The notes: generated by a model from the letters alone, not told the origin. A stretch of DNA of 64,000 nucleotides from Gallionella sp. (GCA_028699065.1 JAQVVH010000004.1:1589-65588); one strand, 5' to 3'. Shown: positions 52,406 through 61,526, counted from the stretch's first letter. Numbers and translations: made by a program.

Positions 52406-52819
52406 ATGTCCATGACCCAATCCACCCAGCCCGTCGGCGCCCAAGTCGGGCCGCTGTTGTTCGCCGAAGCCACGGGGACCATCCCTGCTGGTAGCACGAC
52501 CACGATCCTCGAAGTCCCGACGCTTGGTCTCAAGAACATCGGCGTCGAAGTTGTCGTCGGCGTGAACAACCTCGACGCCTTCGTCGTGTCGGCGCAGTTC
52601 CATCCCGACGGCGAGTTCGTGACCCTCTACAGCGCGATCGATGCGACACCCACCGAGAGCCCGCTGATCATCGCGGCGTCAGGCACCCTGGCGTCCCTGG
52701 CCGTGGGCACCGGCTGGTTCCTCATGGACGTTCGTGGCATCTACAAGGTGCGGGTCAGCGCCAGTGGCACGGTCGCGGATACTACGACCGTCACGGCCAG
52801 GTGTTCAGGTTCGCGGTAA
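52406..52819 (+). CDS. Hypothetical beta-rich protein
   Basis: AAGGAG RBS; last plus-strand gene. Confidence 0.65.
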   Translation: MSMTQSTQPVGAQVGPLLFAEATGTIPAGSTTTILEVPTLGLKNIGVEVVVGVNNLDAFVVSAQFHPDGEFVTLYSAIDATPTESPLIIAASGTLASLAVGTGWFLMDVRGIYKVRVSASGTVADTTTVTARCSGSR

Positions 52820-52981
52820 GTTCACGCGGCGTGAACTTTCAGGAAAAGTGTACAGTTTTCCTGAACGCGGCCTACTAATTTATAACTGGATTGGTAGGCT
52901 TTAGTACCCCTGGCCGGCGCTGTAACATCGGGGATGTTACAAACCCTCGTCAGATGTTACGAACTGATGAGGTAATGGAAC

Positions 52982-53023
52982 AAAAGAACCCCGGCGCGGT
53001 GGAGGAGGGGGCACCGGCCGGGG
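52982..53023 (-). terminator. Rho-independent terminator for the minus-strand block
   Basis: GC-rich stem CCCCGGC/CGGTG with GCCGGGG/CACCG, followed by TTCTTTT on the minus strand. Confidence 0.6.
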
Positions 53024-53051
53024 GTAGGGCCACACAGGGCTGACTACCCTT

Positions 53052-55187
53052 TCATTCTACCGCAGATCGGATGCGGGCGAGGGCGATGTCGAAGTAGCCG
53101 TGTTCCTCGTCTGAGTCGATCCCCACAAACCCGAAGCCCTCCTTGAGCGCAGCCTTGCCAGTCGAGCCTGAGCCCATGAAGGGGTCGAGGACCGTGCCGC
53201 CTGGCGGCGTGACGAGGCGGCAGAGGTAGCGCATGAGTTCGGTCGGCTTCACGGTGGGGTGGTTATTCTTGACCTCGCGGGCCTTGTTGAACGCGCCGCC
53301 CTCTGCCGCGACAGTGTTGCCCCGCGCCGCCTCGGCTGCGGCTTGGCATGATCGTGCCAGAATCTTGTTGGGCTCCGCGTCCATCCCCTCGTTCCGATCC
53401 TTCTTACTTGTCTTGGCGCAGTAAAAGAACCGCGCGGCGCTGCCCGAACCCGAGTCGTGCGGCGTCCGTGGCCCGCCGAAGTATTCGCTCTTGCCCGTGC
53501 CGACGGCGCCGTCGCCATACCCTGTGATCTTGACCTGTGGCAGCGACCCACCTGACCCGTTGCTGTCGGGGAACAGGGCGAGCACCTCGTCGCTGCCGTC
53601 GTGGCAGAAATTTGCCGGCCATCTACCCTTGCTGCTGTCGAAGTCGGCGTCGGTACTCGGCTCGCCGAAGGTACTGCCTTGGGTCCGCTGCGCGGTGGCG
53701 AGCCCATACTCCGTGCGTTCGCGGCCCTCGACCCTGCACCCGTCAATATTGATCGCCCCCGTGCCATGCTGCTGCACGTTCGCTGCCACCGTACCAATCA
53801 GAGGCTTGCGGGCTACGATGACGGGCTCGAAGGCAGGTTTGAGTGCGGTACCCCAGCCTTCCCACTGCTTCGCGGCTTCGGTTGCTGGGGCGGTTAAGTC
53901 CGCTGACGTGCCTGCGAATTTACCGAGTGAAGTCGCGTCGTTCTTTGGGGTTTGTTGTGCGGCGCGGGGGTTGATGCCTACCGCCTCCCGCTCCACCCCC
54001 GCCGCCTTGTCGATCGCCTTGCTCACATCCAGCGACTTCGGAAACCCGGAGTTGCCAGTGAGAAACACCTTCCCGTTCCGGCGGGCGACGAACGCGCCGG
54101 TGCTGACGGTAGGGCAGAAGATCAGGCCAGTGTATTCGATGGGGGTAACAGTTGCCAGAGTGGTTTGATAGCTTGGCCGTGTTCGTACCGCTTGTGGCCT
54201 GCGTTCGACGCAAACAGCATCAGGTTCTCCAGCCGGTTGTCCGTCGCGTCGTGGTTGATGTGATGTACACACTCGCTGCGCGACAGCGGTCGCCCCATCT
54301 CCATCGCCACAATCAGGCGATGCTCCATGACGTAGCCATCCTTGCGGGCCATGTCCATGAACGCTACAGGACAACGAACGTACTTGATGGACTGGTTCGC
54401 GTACTTGCCCTTCCGTTTGAAGTAGGTCAGCCCGCCCTTCCATGCCGGGTTCTTCGGGCCAGCCATCCCCTTGCCGGGGCACTTCTTGCCCCTGCCGTTC
54501 GCCGAGTGCAGTTTCAGCCAGTCCTTCGCCTTGCCGCTGCACTTCCTCGAACAGTAGCGCCCCACGTCCTTGCGATAGTGCAGAAAGATCGCCTTGCAAA
54601 TACGGCACGTACTCCACGCCAGCGCATTCTTCTGCCGCCACGAATGCAAGGATTCCGCTTCGTTCAACAAGGCAACGATGGTTTCGACTGACGATCTGGT
54701 CCGTCGTATCTGACTCAATGTGATAGGCGGTATCTTGCTCGACACGATATTCAGACCACCGCTCGGGGTTCTCCCATTGGTAAACGTCGGTTTGAGGATC
54801 ATACGCCAGAATCTCCTTTGTTCTGGCTACATGGTAGCGTTCCCACCCATCTCTTGTCAACATCTCGGTGTCCTCGCTCAGGCACCCATACACCCACATG
54901 ATCGTGTCGCGGATCTCCCACCCGGCGTCCTCAATCGCTACCATCAGCCGGTGGAACGTGCGGGTGCCGCCGAACGCCAGAAGGTGAGCGCCTGGCTTGG
55001 CAACGCGCAGCGCCTCGACCCAGAACTCCTTGCCCGGCACGCCGTGGTCCCACCCTTTGCTCATGAAGTTCAAGCCGTATGGCGGGTCGGTCACGACGGC
55101 GTCGACGCTGTCAGCATCCATGGCACGCATGGCGTCGCGGCAGTCGGCGTTGATCAACAGCGCGGGTCCGGCTTCTTCGATTCTCAC
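53052..55187 (-). CDS. N4-cytosine/N6-adenine DNA methyltransferase (beta class) containing an intein
   Basis: TDPPYG, HPTVKP, LDPFMGSGSTG; extein junction WVYG/SGFPKS. Confidence 0.92.
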   Translation of the reverse strand: MRIEEAGPALLINADCRDAMRAMDADSVDAVVTDPPYGLNFMSKGWDHGVPGKEFWVEALRVAKPGAHLLAFGGTRTFHRLMVAIEDAGWEIRDTIMWVYGCLSEDTEMLTRDGWERYHVARTKEILAYDPQTDVYQWENPERWSEYRVEQDTAYHIESDTTDQIVSRNHRCLVERSGILAFVAAEECAGVEYVPYLQGDLSALSQGRGALLFEEVQRQGEGLAETALGERQGQEVPRQGDGWPEEPGMEGRADLLQTEGQVREPVHQVRSLSCSVHGHGPQGWLRHGASPDCGDGDGATAVAQRVCTSHQPRRDGQPAGEPDAVCVERRPQAVRTRPSYQTTLATVTPIEYTGLIFCPTVSTGAFVARRNGKVFLTGNSGFPKSLDVSKAIDKAAGVEREAVGINPRAAQQTPKNDATSLGKFAGTSADLTAPATEAAKQWEGWGTALKPAFEPVIVARKPLIGTVAANVQQHGTGAINIDGCRVEGRERTEYGLATAQRTQGSTFGEPSTDADFDSSKGRWPANFCHDGSDEVLALFPDSNGSGGSLPQVKITGYGDGAVGTGKSEYFGGPRTPHDSGSGSAARFFYCAKTSKKDRNEGMDAEPNKILARSCQAAAEAARGNTVAAEGGAFNKAREVKNNHPTVKPTELMRYLCRLVTPPGGTVLDPFMGSGSTGKAALKEGFGFVGIDSDEEHGYFDIALARIRSAVE
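54051..54884 (-). mobile_element. Intein (278 aa) in the methyltransferase
   Basis: C1 CLSEDTEMLT..GW, block B SRNHRC, terminal FCPTV...LTGN followed by Ser. Confidence 0.92.
54122..54802 (-). CDS. HNH endonuclease nested out of frame inside the intein
   Basis: CRIC..YCSRKC, KNPAWKGG, YVMEHR..MGRPL..E.VHHINH...DNRLENL; AAGGAG 10 nt before ATG 54802; true start uncertain. Confidence 0.85.
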   Translation of the reverse strand: MILKPTFTNGRTPSGGLNIVSSKIPPITLSQIRRTRSSVETIVALLNEAESLHSWRQKNALAWSTCRICKAIFLHYRKDVGRYCSRKCSGKAKDWLKLHSANGRGKKCPGKGMAGPKNPAWKGGLTYFKRKGKYANQSIKYVRCPVAFMDMARKDGYVMEHRLIVAMEMGRPLSRSECVHHINHDATDNRLENLMLFASNAGHKRYEHGQAIKPLWQLLPPSNTLA

Positions 55188-57991
55188 ACCGCCACCCCAC
55201 TCATCTCGTCATGCCCGACGTTGATCCGCCAGCACGGCGTCGGCCCGCTGGCGTAGTTCGTGCCGGCACCCAGTGTCCGGTTGACCTTGTTCTCGATCAG
55301 CACGCCCATCTGCATCAACTCGGCCTCGGTGTCGGCGAAACTGAAGTGGTTCTTGTCCGTGTAGAACTTGACGCGCTTGCGGCTGATCCACAGCGTCTTG
55401 GTTGCCGGCTCGTATCGCTGGCTGATCTCGTGGTAGGGCTTGTCCTGAACGGCTGACATGCCGGCGTTCAGCGCGTTCACCACCAGCCGCTCGCCGACGT
55501 GCTCATTGAGGAAGTTCGACAGGATGGCCACCGGGCCGACCATGCTGTCATCCAGCGTGTTACGCATGCGGCGCGTCTCGCCCAGCAGCCACGGACGCAG
55601 CCGGTTGGCGTCGAAGTTGATCACACCCGCCGCCCGCGCCAGCTCGCCACCGTACAGCGCCAGCGCCGTGATCTGGGACCAGAAGCGTTCCTTGTCGTTC
55701 ATCTCGAAGCCGCGCTCGGCCTGCGCGACGACGCCATTCTCCAGGTCCATCAGGCGGTCCCGGATGGCGTCGCGATTCTTGACGAGGTACTGCACATACA
55801 CCGGTCCGGCGACGCCGTAGTTCTCCTGGATGACTGACGGGATGATCTTGGCGATCTCGGCGAACGCCGGCACCCGGGGGAACTTGAACTCGAACAGCCG
55901 CAGGCTCTCGGCTTCCGCGTTCTGGTTCTCCATCTGGAGCTTCGCCTGCAGGGAGTTGTTGGTCGACGTGACGAACAGCGTGACCCACTCGGCGCCCTTG
56001 CGCAGCGTGTAGTCCTGCTTCATGCTGCTGCGGTTCTTGCCGGTGGGGATCGAGTAGATGAGGTCGCGCAAGTCCTTGTTGGGGATGGTCGTGGCCTCGT
56101 CCATGTAGACGGGAAGGTTATAGTGCGCGCCGAGCCGTTGCATACGCGCGAGTTCGGTATCCTTGCGGCCGACCCATGCGCCCTTGGGTGACCCATAGAC
56201 GGACGACATGAACTGCGCCATGGTGCTCTTGCCGACGCCCGACTCGCCCAGCGCATTGATGGTACAGCCTTCGCGCCCCGCGAGTTTGAGCAGCGGTGCG
56301 GCGAAGGCGAGCAGCAGCATGAAGGCGTGGGGTTCGAAGCCGGGCTCGTCGAACACCTCCGTCACGGTGCGCCACGGCTCCAGCGTGCCCTTCGAGTGAA
56401 AGGGCGCCAGGAACTCCGCCATACCGTGACTGAAGCCCGCCTGCACGACTTCGTCAGGGCGGTAGAGGTGGTCGCCCAGCACGAACTCGGTGTCGTCGGA
56501 CTTCCAGCCCTGGCACTTGAACAGTTGTCGCAGCTTGGTCTCGTTGCGCAGCCGGCGGATGTAGGCGTCTCCGTACATGATGAACTTTCCTTTAATCAAC
56601 GGCTGGATGTGGTTGTCGATCAGCGCCACCATGAAGTCGGCGGGCTTGGCCACCAGTGATGAGCGCAGCGTGCACTCCTTCCAGCCTTCCTTCGGCAGCC
56701 AGTGCCGCCACCGCATCGTCTCGTAACCGAGCTGCTCGTCGTGGGCCAGCTCCACCGGGAAACAATCGTACTCGTAAATCTTGTGGGTGATGCCGTCCTC
56801 CTCCACGTAGATGCCGCCGTCCTCGCCGCGCGTGAAGCCGTTGGGCGGCGGCGGCAGGGTGACGGTGGTGACGACTTCGGCGACCTTGACCTGGACGGTA
56901 GGCGCCGGCGCACTGACGATGTAGGTGCCTAGCTGCGCGGGTGAGCTGATCTTGCCTTTGAACGGGCAGCCGTCGCAGCCGCCGGGTACGCGACTTTCAA
57001 ACGTGGTACATAGGGCGGGTCCAAGAGATTGGCCGCGGATCTGAGTAATCTTGCGAGTCGTTTCCTCAGCGGAATATGAGGCATGGCCGTTACTCCATTC
57101 GTGGATGAGGGCGTCGCCCTCGGTTGAGTGGCAGAGTAACTGGATGGCTGCATACCAGTGCGGTTCTGATACTCTGCCTTTGGTATCCCTGACCTTGGCG
57201 AGCTGGGGGCAGCGGTCGGCTACCTTAATGCCCGAACATGGCGGGAAGTCGTGCTTGATTGCGAAGGCTTGGTTGAGGGCTTCGGTCGGGGCTTCGACGG
57301 CGCGGATGCCTTCGGGGGGTTTGATGCCAACGGAATCGAGCGCGTGAACGACTCGTCTTTGGAAAGTTTCGTAAGCGATCGCTTCAGAATCCGCAATAAG
57401 TTCAACGGGTCTGGGTGTGCCGGGAGTTTTACGATTATACGTTCCGACAGGCCGCAGTACACGCGCAAGGTCAGCGGTACAGGCAGGGTCTGCGTAGAAC
57501 TTGTGGTGGGCGGCGAGGCGTTTGAGGGCTTCGGCGGTTTGCTTCCAAGCTTCAGGTTGGATGTCATTTGCCATGCTCCAGTAGATGTGGATGCCACCGC
57601 CGCTCGACACCACCATTGGCATCGGCAGGTTAGTGGCGTCGCAGAATGTCATGAGCCCCTCGCACGCGGCTTCCTGCGACGGGAACTTCTTGTCGTTGCC
57701 CGGCTCGACATCGAGGTCCATGAAGAAGGACTTGAGGGCGCGGACGTTCTTGTGAGTGCGGACTTGATGCCATGTCGTGCCATCCGGCTTGACGGTATCG
57801 ACGCTTCGCTCGCGGTAGGCGCCGCAGGCGTGGTAGGCGTGCACGCCGGCGGCGTCATAGGCCAGCACCTGCTGCGCCAACTCCTCGATCGAGTCGCAGA
57901 CCTGGTTCTTGAACTTGTTGTTGATCAGCCGCGCCGCGACGTACAGGCCCTGGGCGGGGAGGATACGGTGGAGGAAGGCTGTGGTGTCCAT
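55184..57991 (-). CDS. Primase-helicase (AEP/RepB-like primase, Cys-rich domain, DUF927, P-loop ATPase)
   Basis: SSGGGIHIYW, ARVLRPVGT.N.K, C..CPFKG, GESGVGKST, MDEAT motifs. Confidence 0.85.
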   Translation of the reverse strand: MDTTAFLHRILPAQGLYVAARLINNKFKNQVCDSIEELAQQVLAYDAAGVHAYHACGAYRERSVDTVKPDGTTWHQVRTHKNVRALKSFFMDLDVEPGNDKKFPSQEAACEGLMTFCDATNLPMPMVVSSGGGIHIYWSMANDIQPEAWKQTAEALKRLAAHHKFYADPACTADLARVLRPVGTYNRKTPGTPRPVELIADSEAIAYETFQRRVVHALDSVGIKPPEGIRAVEAPTEALNQAFAIKHDFPPCSGIKVADRCPQLAKVRDTKGRVSEPHWYAAIQLLCHSTEGDALIHEWSNGHASYSAEETTRKITQIRGQSLGPALCTTFESRVPGGCDGCPFKGKISSPAQLGTYIVSAPAPTVQVKVAEVVTTVTLPPPPNGFTRGEDGGIYVEEDGITHKIYEYDCFPVELAHDEQLGYETMRWRHWLPKEGWKECTLRSSLVAKPADFMVALIDNHIQPLIKGKFIMYGDAYIRRLRNETKLRQLFKCQGWKSDDTEFVLGDHLYRPDEVVQAGFSHGMAEFLAPFHSKGTLEPWRTVTEVFDEPGFEPHAFMLLLAFAAPLLKLAGREGCTINALGESGVGKSTMAQFMSSVYGSPKGAWVGRKDTELARMQRLGAHYNLPVYMDEATTIPNKDLRDLIYSIPTGKNRSSMKQDYTLRKGAEWVTLFVTSTNNSLQAKLQMENQNAEAESLRLFEFKFPRVPAFAEIAKIIPSVIQENYGVAGPVYVQYLVKNRDAIRDRLMDLENGVVAQAERGFEMNDKERFWSQITALALYGGELARAAGVINFDANRLRPWLLGETRRMRNTLDDSMVGPVAILSNFLNEHVGERLVVNALNAGMSAVQDKPYHEISQRYEPATKTLWISRKRVKFYTDKNHFSFADTEAELMQMGVLIENKVNRTLGAGTNYASGPTPCWRINVGHDEMSGVAV

Positions 57992-58581
57992 CAGTCTATG
58001 AACCACTGCTGCGCAATTGCGTTGGCGATGCCAGGATAGGTACGGCTTCGCAGGCTCTCTCTCTCAGCACTCGGCCCCATCAACCAGCACTCCTGTTCCA
58101 GTACGGTGCCTTCGGGGTAGTCGATCGGGTAGTGCGTGCGCACAAGTTTCGGCAGCCCTTCGAGATGGAACCCCGTGGCTTTCTTGAACGGGTCGCCGAA
58201 CCAGTGCGGCTGCACGAACTGGTCCGCGCGCCGGCCGATGAGGGCAGCGGCGTACTTGTGCATGATTGGGTTCTCGATCCCGCGGCGGGGGATGTGCTTC
58301 GCGTTCAGGAATAGCTTGAAGAAGTCGGCGCCTTCGCACATGAGTTCCCACCTTGACGGATCGGTGTGCAGCCAGCGGACTCCCGAGTTCGTGAGATATC
58401 GGCACGTCGGATGCGCAACCATACCATCCCACGGCTCGCTCAGAACGTCGCGCACATCGCCTTGGTAGTGCGGGCCGGGAACCTCCGTGGGTTCCAAGTC
58501 ACAACTCATGGCGTCGTGCCCGGCAGCAATCAGCGCGTCACGAACGCGCCCCCACTTCTCGCACGCTACAAGAACCTTCAT
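57991..58581 (-). CDS. Short phage-type C5 cytosine methyltransferase
   Basis: VLVACE motif I, SCDL, AHPTC catalytic motif, IENP, RSRTYPGIA.A.A.QW. Confidence 0.7.
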   Translation of the reverse strand: MKVLVACEKWGRVRDALIAAGHDAMSCDLEPTEVPGPHYQGDVRDVLSEPWDGMVAHPTCRYLTNSGVRWLHTDPSRWELMCEGADFFKLFLNAKHIPRRGIENPIMHKYAAALIGRRADQFVQPHWFGDPFKKATGFHLEGLPKLVRTHYPIDYPEGTVLEQECWLMGPSAERESLRSRTYPGIANAIAQQWFID

Positions 58582-58605
58582 CCCGCCCCCTTCAGTAACG
58601 CCCTC

Positions 58606-58890
58606 CTACCGAACAGGGGCGGGTTTCAGTCCTTGCAGGCGAGCCGCCATTTTCGTTACGCGCTCGCGCCGTGCTGTCTTGTCCATCGCTTCGAGGGGGA
58701 GTAACCCCCGCTCGACCGCGACAATCAGCGCCTGTGTGATGACTTCGGCTTGTCGGGCCAGCAGGCTGTTCGCCCGCGGGGGGCCGACGAAGGCCCACCC
58801 GTGGACAGACTGCCGGCTGACGCCGTACATGCTCGCGAGTTCGATCTTGGTCAGACCGGACTCAGCGAGTACGCGGGCGAAGTCCATCAC
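58606..58890 (-). CDS. Cro-like HTH protein
   Basis: LTKIELASMYGVSRQSVHGW. Confidence 0.65.
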   Translation of the reverse strand: MMDFARVLAESGLTKIELASMYGVSRQSVHGWAFVGPPRANSLLARQAEVITQALIVAVERGLLPLEAMDKTARRERVTKMAARLQGLKPAPVR

Positions 58891-60452
58891 GCCCCCGCGG
58901 CGAGGCCGAGCTTGGCGCGGAGCTTCTCAGCCAGGCTGGCACCCGACGCCACGACCTGAGCGGTCGGGGCTTGCTGGATCGGAGCAGCCGGAGCGGCACC
59001 GAAGCCAGTAGTGGTGGCCACAGCCGCCGGAGGTGCAGCGGGGGAGGGTGGGGCCGCGGCCGGCGTAGCTTGTGGCGTCGCCGAGGTTACCGGGGCTGTG
59101 GCTTGAGGGGGCGGGTAGGCGGCGATCAGCGCCTGACCGGCGGCTGACGTGGCACCCACGGCGTTGATGGTCGCCATGATGTCGGCCGGGATGTGACTGA
59201 GGTTCGGCACGATCGACTCGGGGTGTGGGTCGGCGGCCGGCGCCTTCGCAGCTTCCATCTCGGCGCGGGTGCGACGCGAGCGTTTCGGCGGTTCCGCAGG
59301 CGCGGGTGTCGCAGCCGGTGCGGCGGCGGTCGTCGGAGGCATGGCAGCGATCAACGCCATGAAGTCGACGCCAGTGAGGGCCTGGTAGGTACGCTGTCCG
59401 GCGTGCGTTTCCAGCCCACCGACAGCAGCGACGGCCATCTGAACGTGGGGCTCCAAGCCGGCGAACGGGTCGGTAGCGGAGGGCGCGGCAGGAGCGATGT
59501 TGGCGGCAGCGGCTTGTGCAGCTACGGTAGCATTCGCCGCCGCCTGCCCCGCTTGGTAGGCAGGTGCAGTAGTGACGCCGGCACCGAAACCGGTAGCAGG
59601 GGCAGTGGCGGATGCCGGCGGGGCCATGTGCGTCGGGGGCGCGACCTCGGGAGCCGGCAAGCCGAGATTCACGGGGGCCGCGAGCGCAGCAGCCGGAGCC
59701 AGAGCGCGCGACTGCGCGATGATGAGCTTGACGTCGTCACCGGTCTTGCGCTCGTTAACCTTGATGTACTCGGCCTCGGACAGGAAGCGGTTGAAGCTGA
59801 ACTGCAGGACGCCGTTGGCCGACTGGTCGAAGGTGATGTTGGTGACCAGTGTCGAGACGCCGTAGCCGCGACCGGACAGCGCCTGGATGTAGGTGCCCCA
59901 GTTCTTGAGCGAGCCGGCCTTGATCTGGAGGCCCAGCATCTTGTAGGCCAGATCGTTGGCTGGCACGACGGCGAGCTGCTTCGAGTCGCCGCAGGCGCGA
60001 ACTGGCTTGCCGGTCAGCTTGCTGATCTTGCTACCCCATGCGTACTGCGGGCAGGTCGCACAGGCGACGGACTGCTTCGCCGCCACGTCGGCGTCCGGCG
60101 TGATGCCGTTGCCCGAGCGGCACGACGGCTCGACATTCTCGCCTTCGACGTACTCGCCTTCGAAGAACGTATGCGACAGCGCCGGATTGGCGTCGACGAT
60201 CACGACTTCGAGGCACATCATCGGGAGGGCCGGCTGGCCGGGCGCCGACGGCGGCACCATCAGGGTCACGGTCTCGTCGCCGTCCTTGATATGGAAGTGG
60301 TTCGACTTGATGCTGATGGTCGGGAAGCCACCGGCGCGGACACCACCGGCCGCCGCCGCGTTGGCTGCGGCGATCGATGCGGCGATGTCGGGGGACTGCA
60401 AGTGGGCAGGCAGTTGCAGGTTGCTGGGGACGACGGATACGGCTGTGCTCAT
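58887..60452 (-). CDS. Putative ssDNA-binding/annealing protein with long Ala/Pro-rich tail
   Basis: FPTISIK, EVVIV, C.S.NG.TPD, CATCP..AWGS, C.DS motifs; location in the replication module. Confidence 0.5.
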   Translation of the reverse strand: MSTAVSVVPSNLQLPAHLQSPDIAASIAAANAAAAGGVRAGGFPTISIKSNHFHIKDGDETVTLMVPPSAPGQPALPMMCLEVVIVDANPALSHTFFEGEYVEGENVEPSCRSGNGITPDADVAAKQSVACATCPQYAWGSKISKLTGKPVRACGDSKQLAVVPANDLAYKMLGLQIKAGSLKNWGTYIQALSGRGYGVSTLVTNITFDQSANGVLQFSFNRFLSEAEYIKVNERKTGDDVKLIIAQSRALAPAAALAAPVNLGLPAPEVAPPTHMAPPASATAPATGFGAGVTTAPAYQAGQAAANATVAAQAAAANIAPAAPSATDPFAGLEPHVQMAVAAVGGLETHAGQRTYQALTGVDFMALIAAMPPTTAAAPAATPAPAEPPKRSRRTRAEMEAAKAPAADPHPESIVPNLSHIPADIMATINAVGATSAAGQALIAAYPPPQATAPVTSATPQATPAAAPPSPAAPPAAVATTTGFGAAPAAPIQQAPTAQVVASGASLAEKLRAKLGLAAGA

Positions 60453-60474
60453 GGCTAGTTCTCCTGGGTTGAAA

Positions 60475-60864
60475 TTAGGTTGCGATGCTGGCGATCTTGT
60501 TGAGGCGAGCCTGCATCGCGTTGATGAAAGTGTTGCCATTACTTATCTTCGCGGTGGTCAGCATGGTGTGGCAGGGCAGGCAGAGGTCACCGACGAACTT
60601 TCCCTGGCTGGAGTGATTCTCGCACCCCTTGACTAGGCAGCATTTAGGCGGCGGTGCAGGAGGTGGCGGCATGGGCGGCGTCGGGGGCGTCCATCCAAGT
60701 TCAATCAGCGCTGCGCGGGTGAGGTTGTCGCAGCAGTCGATAACTTGGCGCATGAGCTCGGTGCGCTGCGGCAGCCCCGTTACCCCCGGCTCGACAAATG
60801 TAACTTGTCGGATAATCTTCCCGCCGGGCACCACGTTCACGTCGTACTCGTAGCCGTGGTTCAT
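60475..60864 (-). CDS. Hypothetical protein with Pro linker and Cys-rich C-terminus
   Basis: CLVKGC...LCLPC; GGGAG RBS before ATG 60864. Confidence 0.5.
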   Translation of the reverse strand: MNHGYEYDVNVVPGGKIIRQVTFVEPGVTGLPQRTELMRQVIDCCDNLTRAALIELGWTPPTPPMPPPPAPPPKCCLVKGCENHSSQGKFVGDLCLPCHTMLTTAKISNGNTFINAMQARLNKIASIAT

Positions 60865-61010
60865 ATCTCCCACCTCCGCCAGATATGAAAGTGAAAAAGG
60901 TTCGGGTGGCGCAGGTTACCCCAATACCTCGGGTACACCAGCGATAGTTCGAACCAGCCAATCTGGAACCCGAGCGAAGTCGCGCCGCGTTGGAAGAGGA
61001 TGCAGGTCAT
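60861..61010 (-). CDS. Small aromatic-rich protein (49 aa, absent from ORF track)
   Basis: MTCILFQRGATSLGFQIGW...; TGATG and ATGA overlaps fill the gap exactly. Confidence 0.45.
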   Translation of the reverse strand: MTCILFQRGATSLGFQIGWFELSLVYPRYWGNLRHPNLFHFHIWRRWEI

Positions 61011-61504
61011 CACGCGCCTGCCTTTCCGCGACGCCACGCGAGATCCTTGAACGCGACAAACTTGATCCCCGGCGGCTGGTCACCGGCCTCGATCAGTTCC
61101 TTCGCTACGGTCTTGTTGACGGCCTTGTTCAGCAGCGCCCACAGCCCCGTCGCTTGGATGTGTCGGAGTATCCGCGTCCAGCCGTCGTCGCTCATGAAGT
61201 AGGTTGAATCCTCGTCCTTCGGGGGCAGCGGAGACTCGACCAGGATGCGATGAATCACGGCATCCATGTCCTCGACCGTGACGCTGTCCTTGGTCATGAA
61301 GTGGGTGTGGTGCCCTGTCCTGGAACTCGTCCAGTTCTGCGCGCCCATCTTGAGCAGCTCAGCCTTGACGAAGGACTCGCACAACTGCATCTCTTCGACC
61401 AGCGGTAGAAGCTCTGCCTTGTGCGCGAGTTGCCGCGCCGTGATCTGTTCGTCCAGTTCGAAACGACGACTCATTACCTCGTCGAGGTTGACTTCTTCAC
61501 TCAT
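61010..61504 (-). CDS. Conserved-looking replication-module protein
   Basis: Coiled-coil N-terminus; LLNKAVNKT..KELIE.G..PPG C-terminus; GGAGGG RBS. Confidence 0.6.
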   Translation of the reverse strand: MSEEVNLDEVMSRRFELDEQITARQLAHKAELLPLVEEMQLCESFVKAELLKMGAQNWTSSRTGHHTHFMTKDSVTVEDMDAVIHRILVESPLPPKDEDSTYFMSDDGWTRILRHIQATGLWALLNKAVNKTVAKELIEAGDQPPGIKFVAFKDLAWRRGKAGA

Positions 61505-61526
61505 GGTTCCCTCCATCAGGTTGGCG

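Noticed and set aside
52944-52971. CTGATGAG (plus) and CTGACGAG (minus) match the hammerhead ribozyme core CUGANGA
   Set aside because: No stem II closed by CGAAA follows on either strand; the two motifs are simply the arms of one hairpin
59193-60458. 421-aa plus-strand ORF and many similar long antisense ORFs (for example 41334-42611, 31921-33045, 37362-38486)
   Set aside because: Shadow ORFs opposite GC3-biased real genes, with no recognisable motifs or RBS
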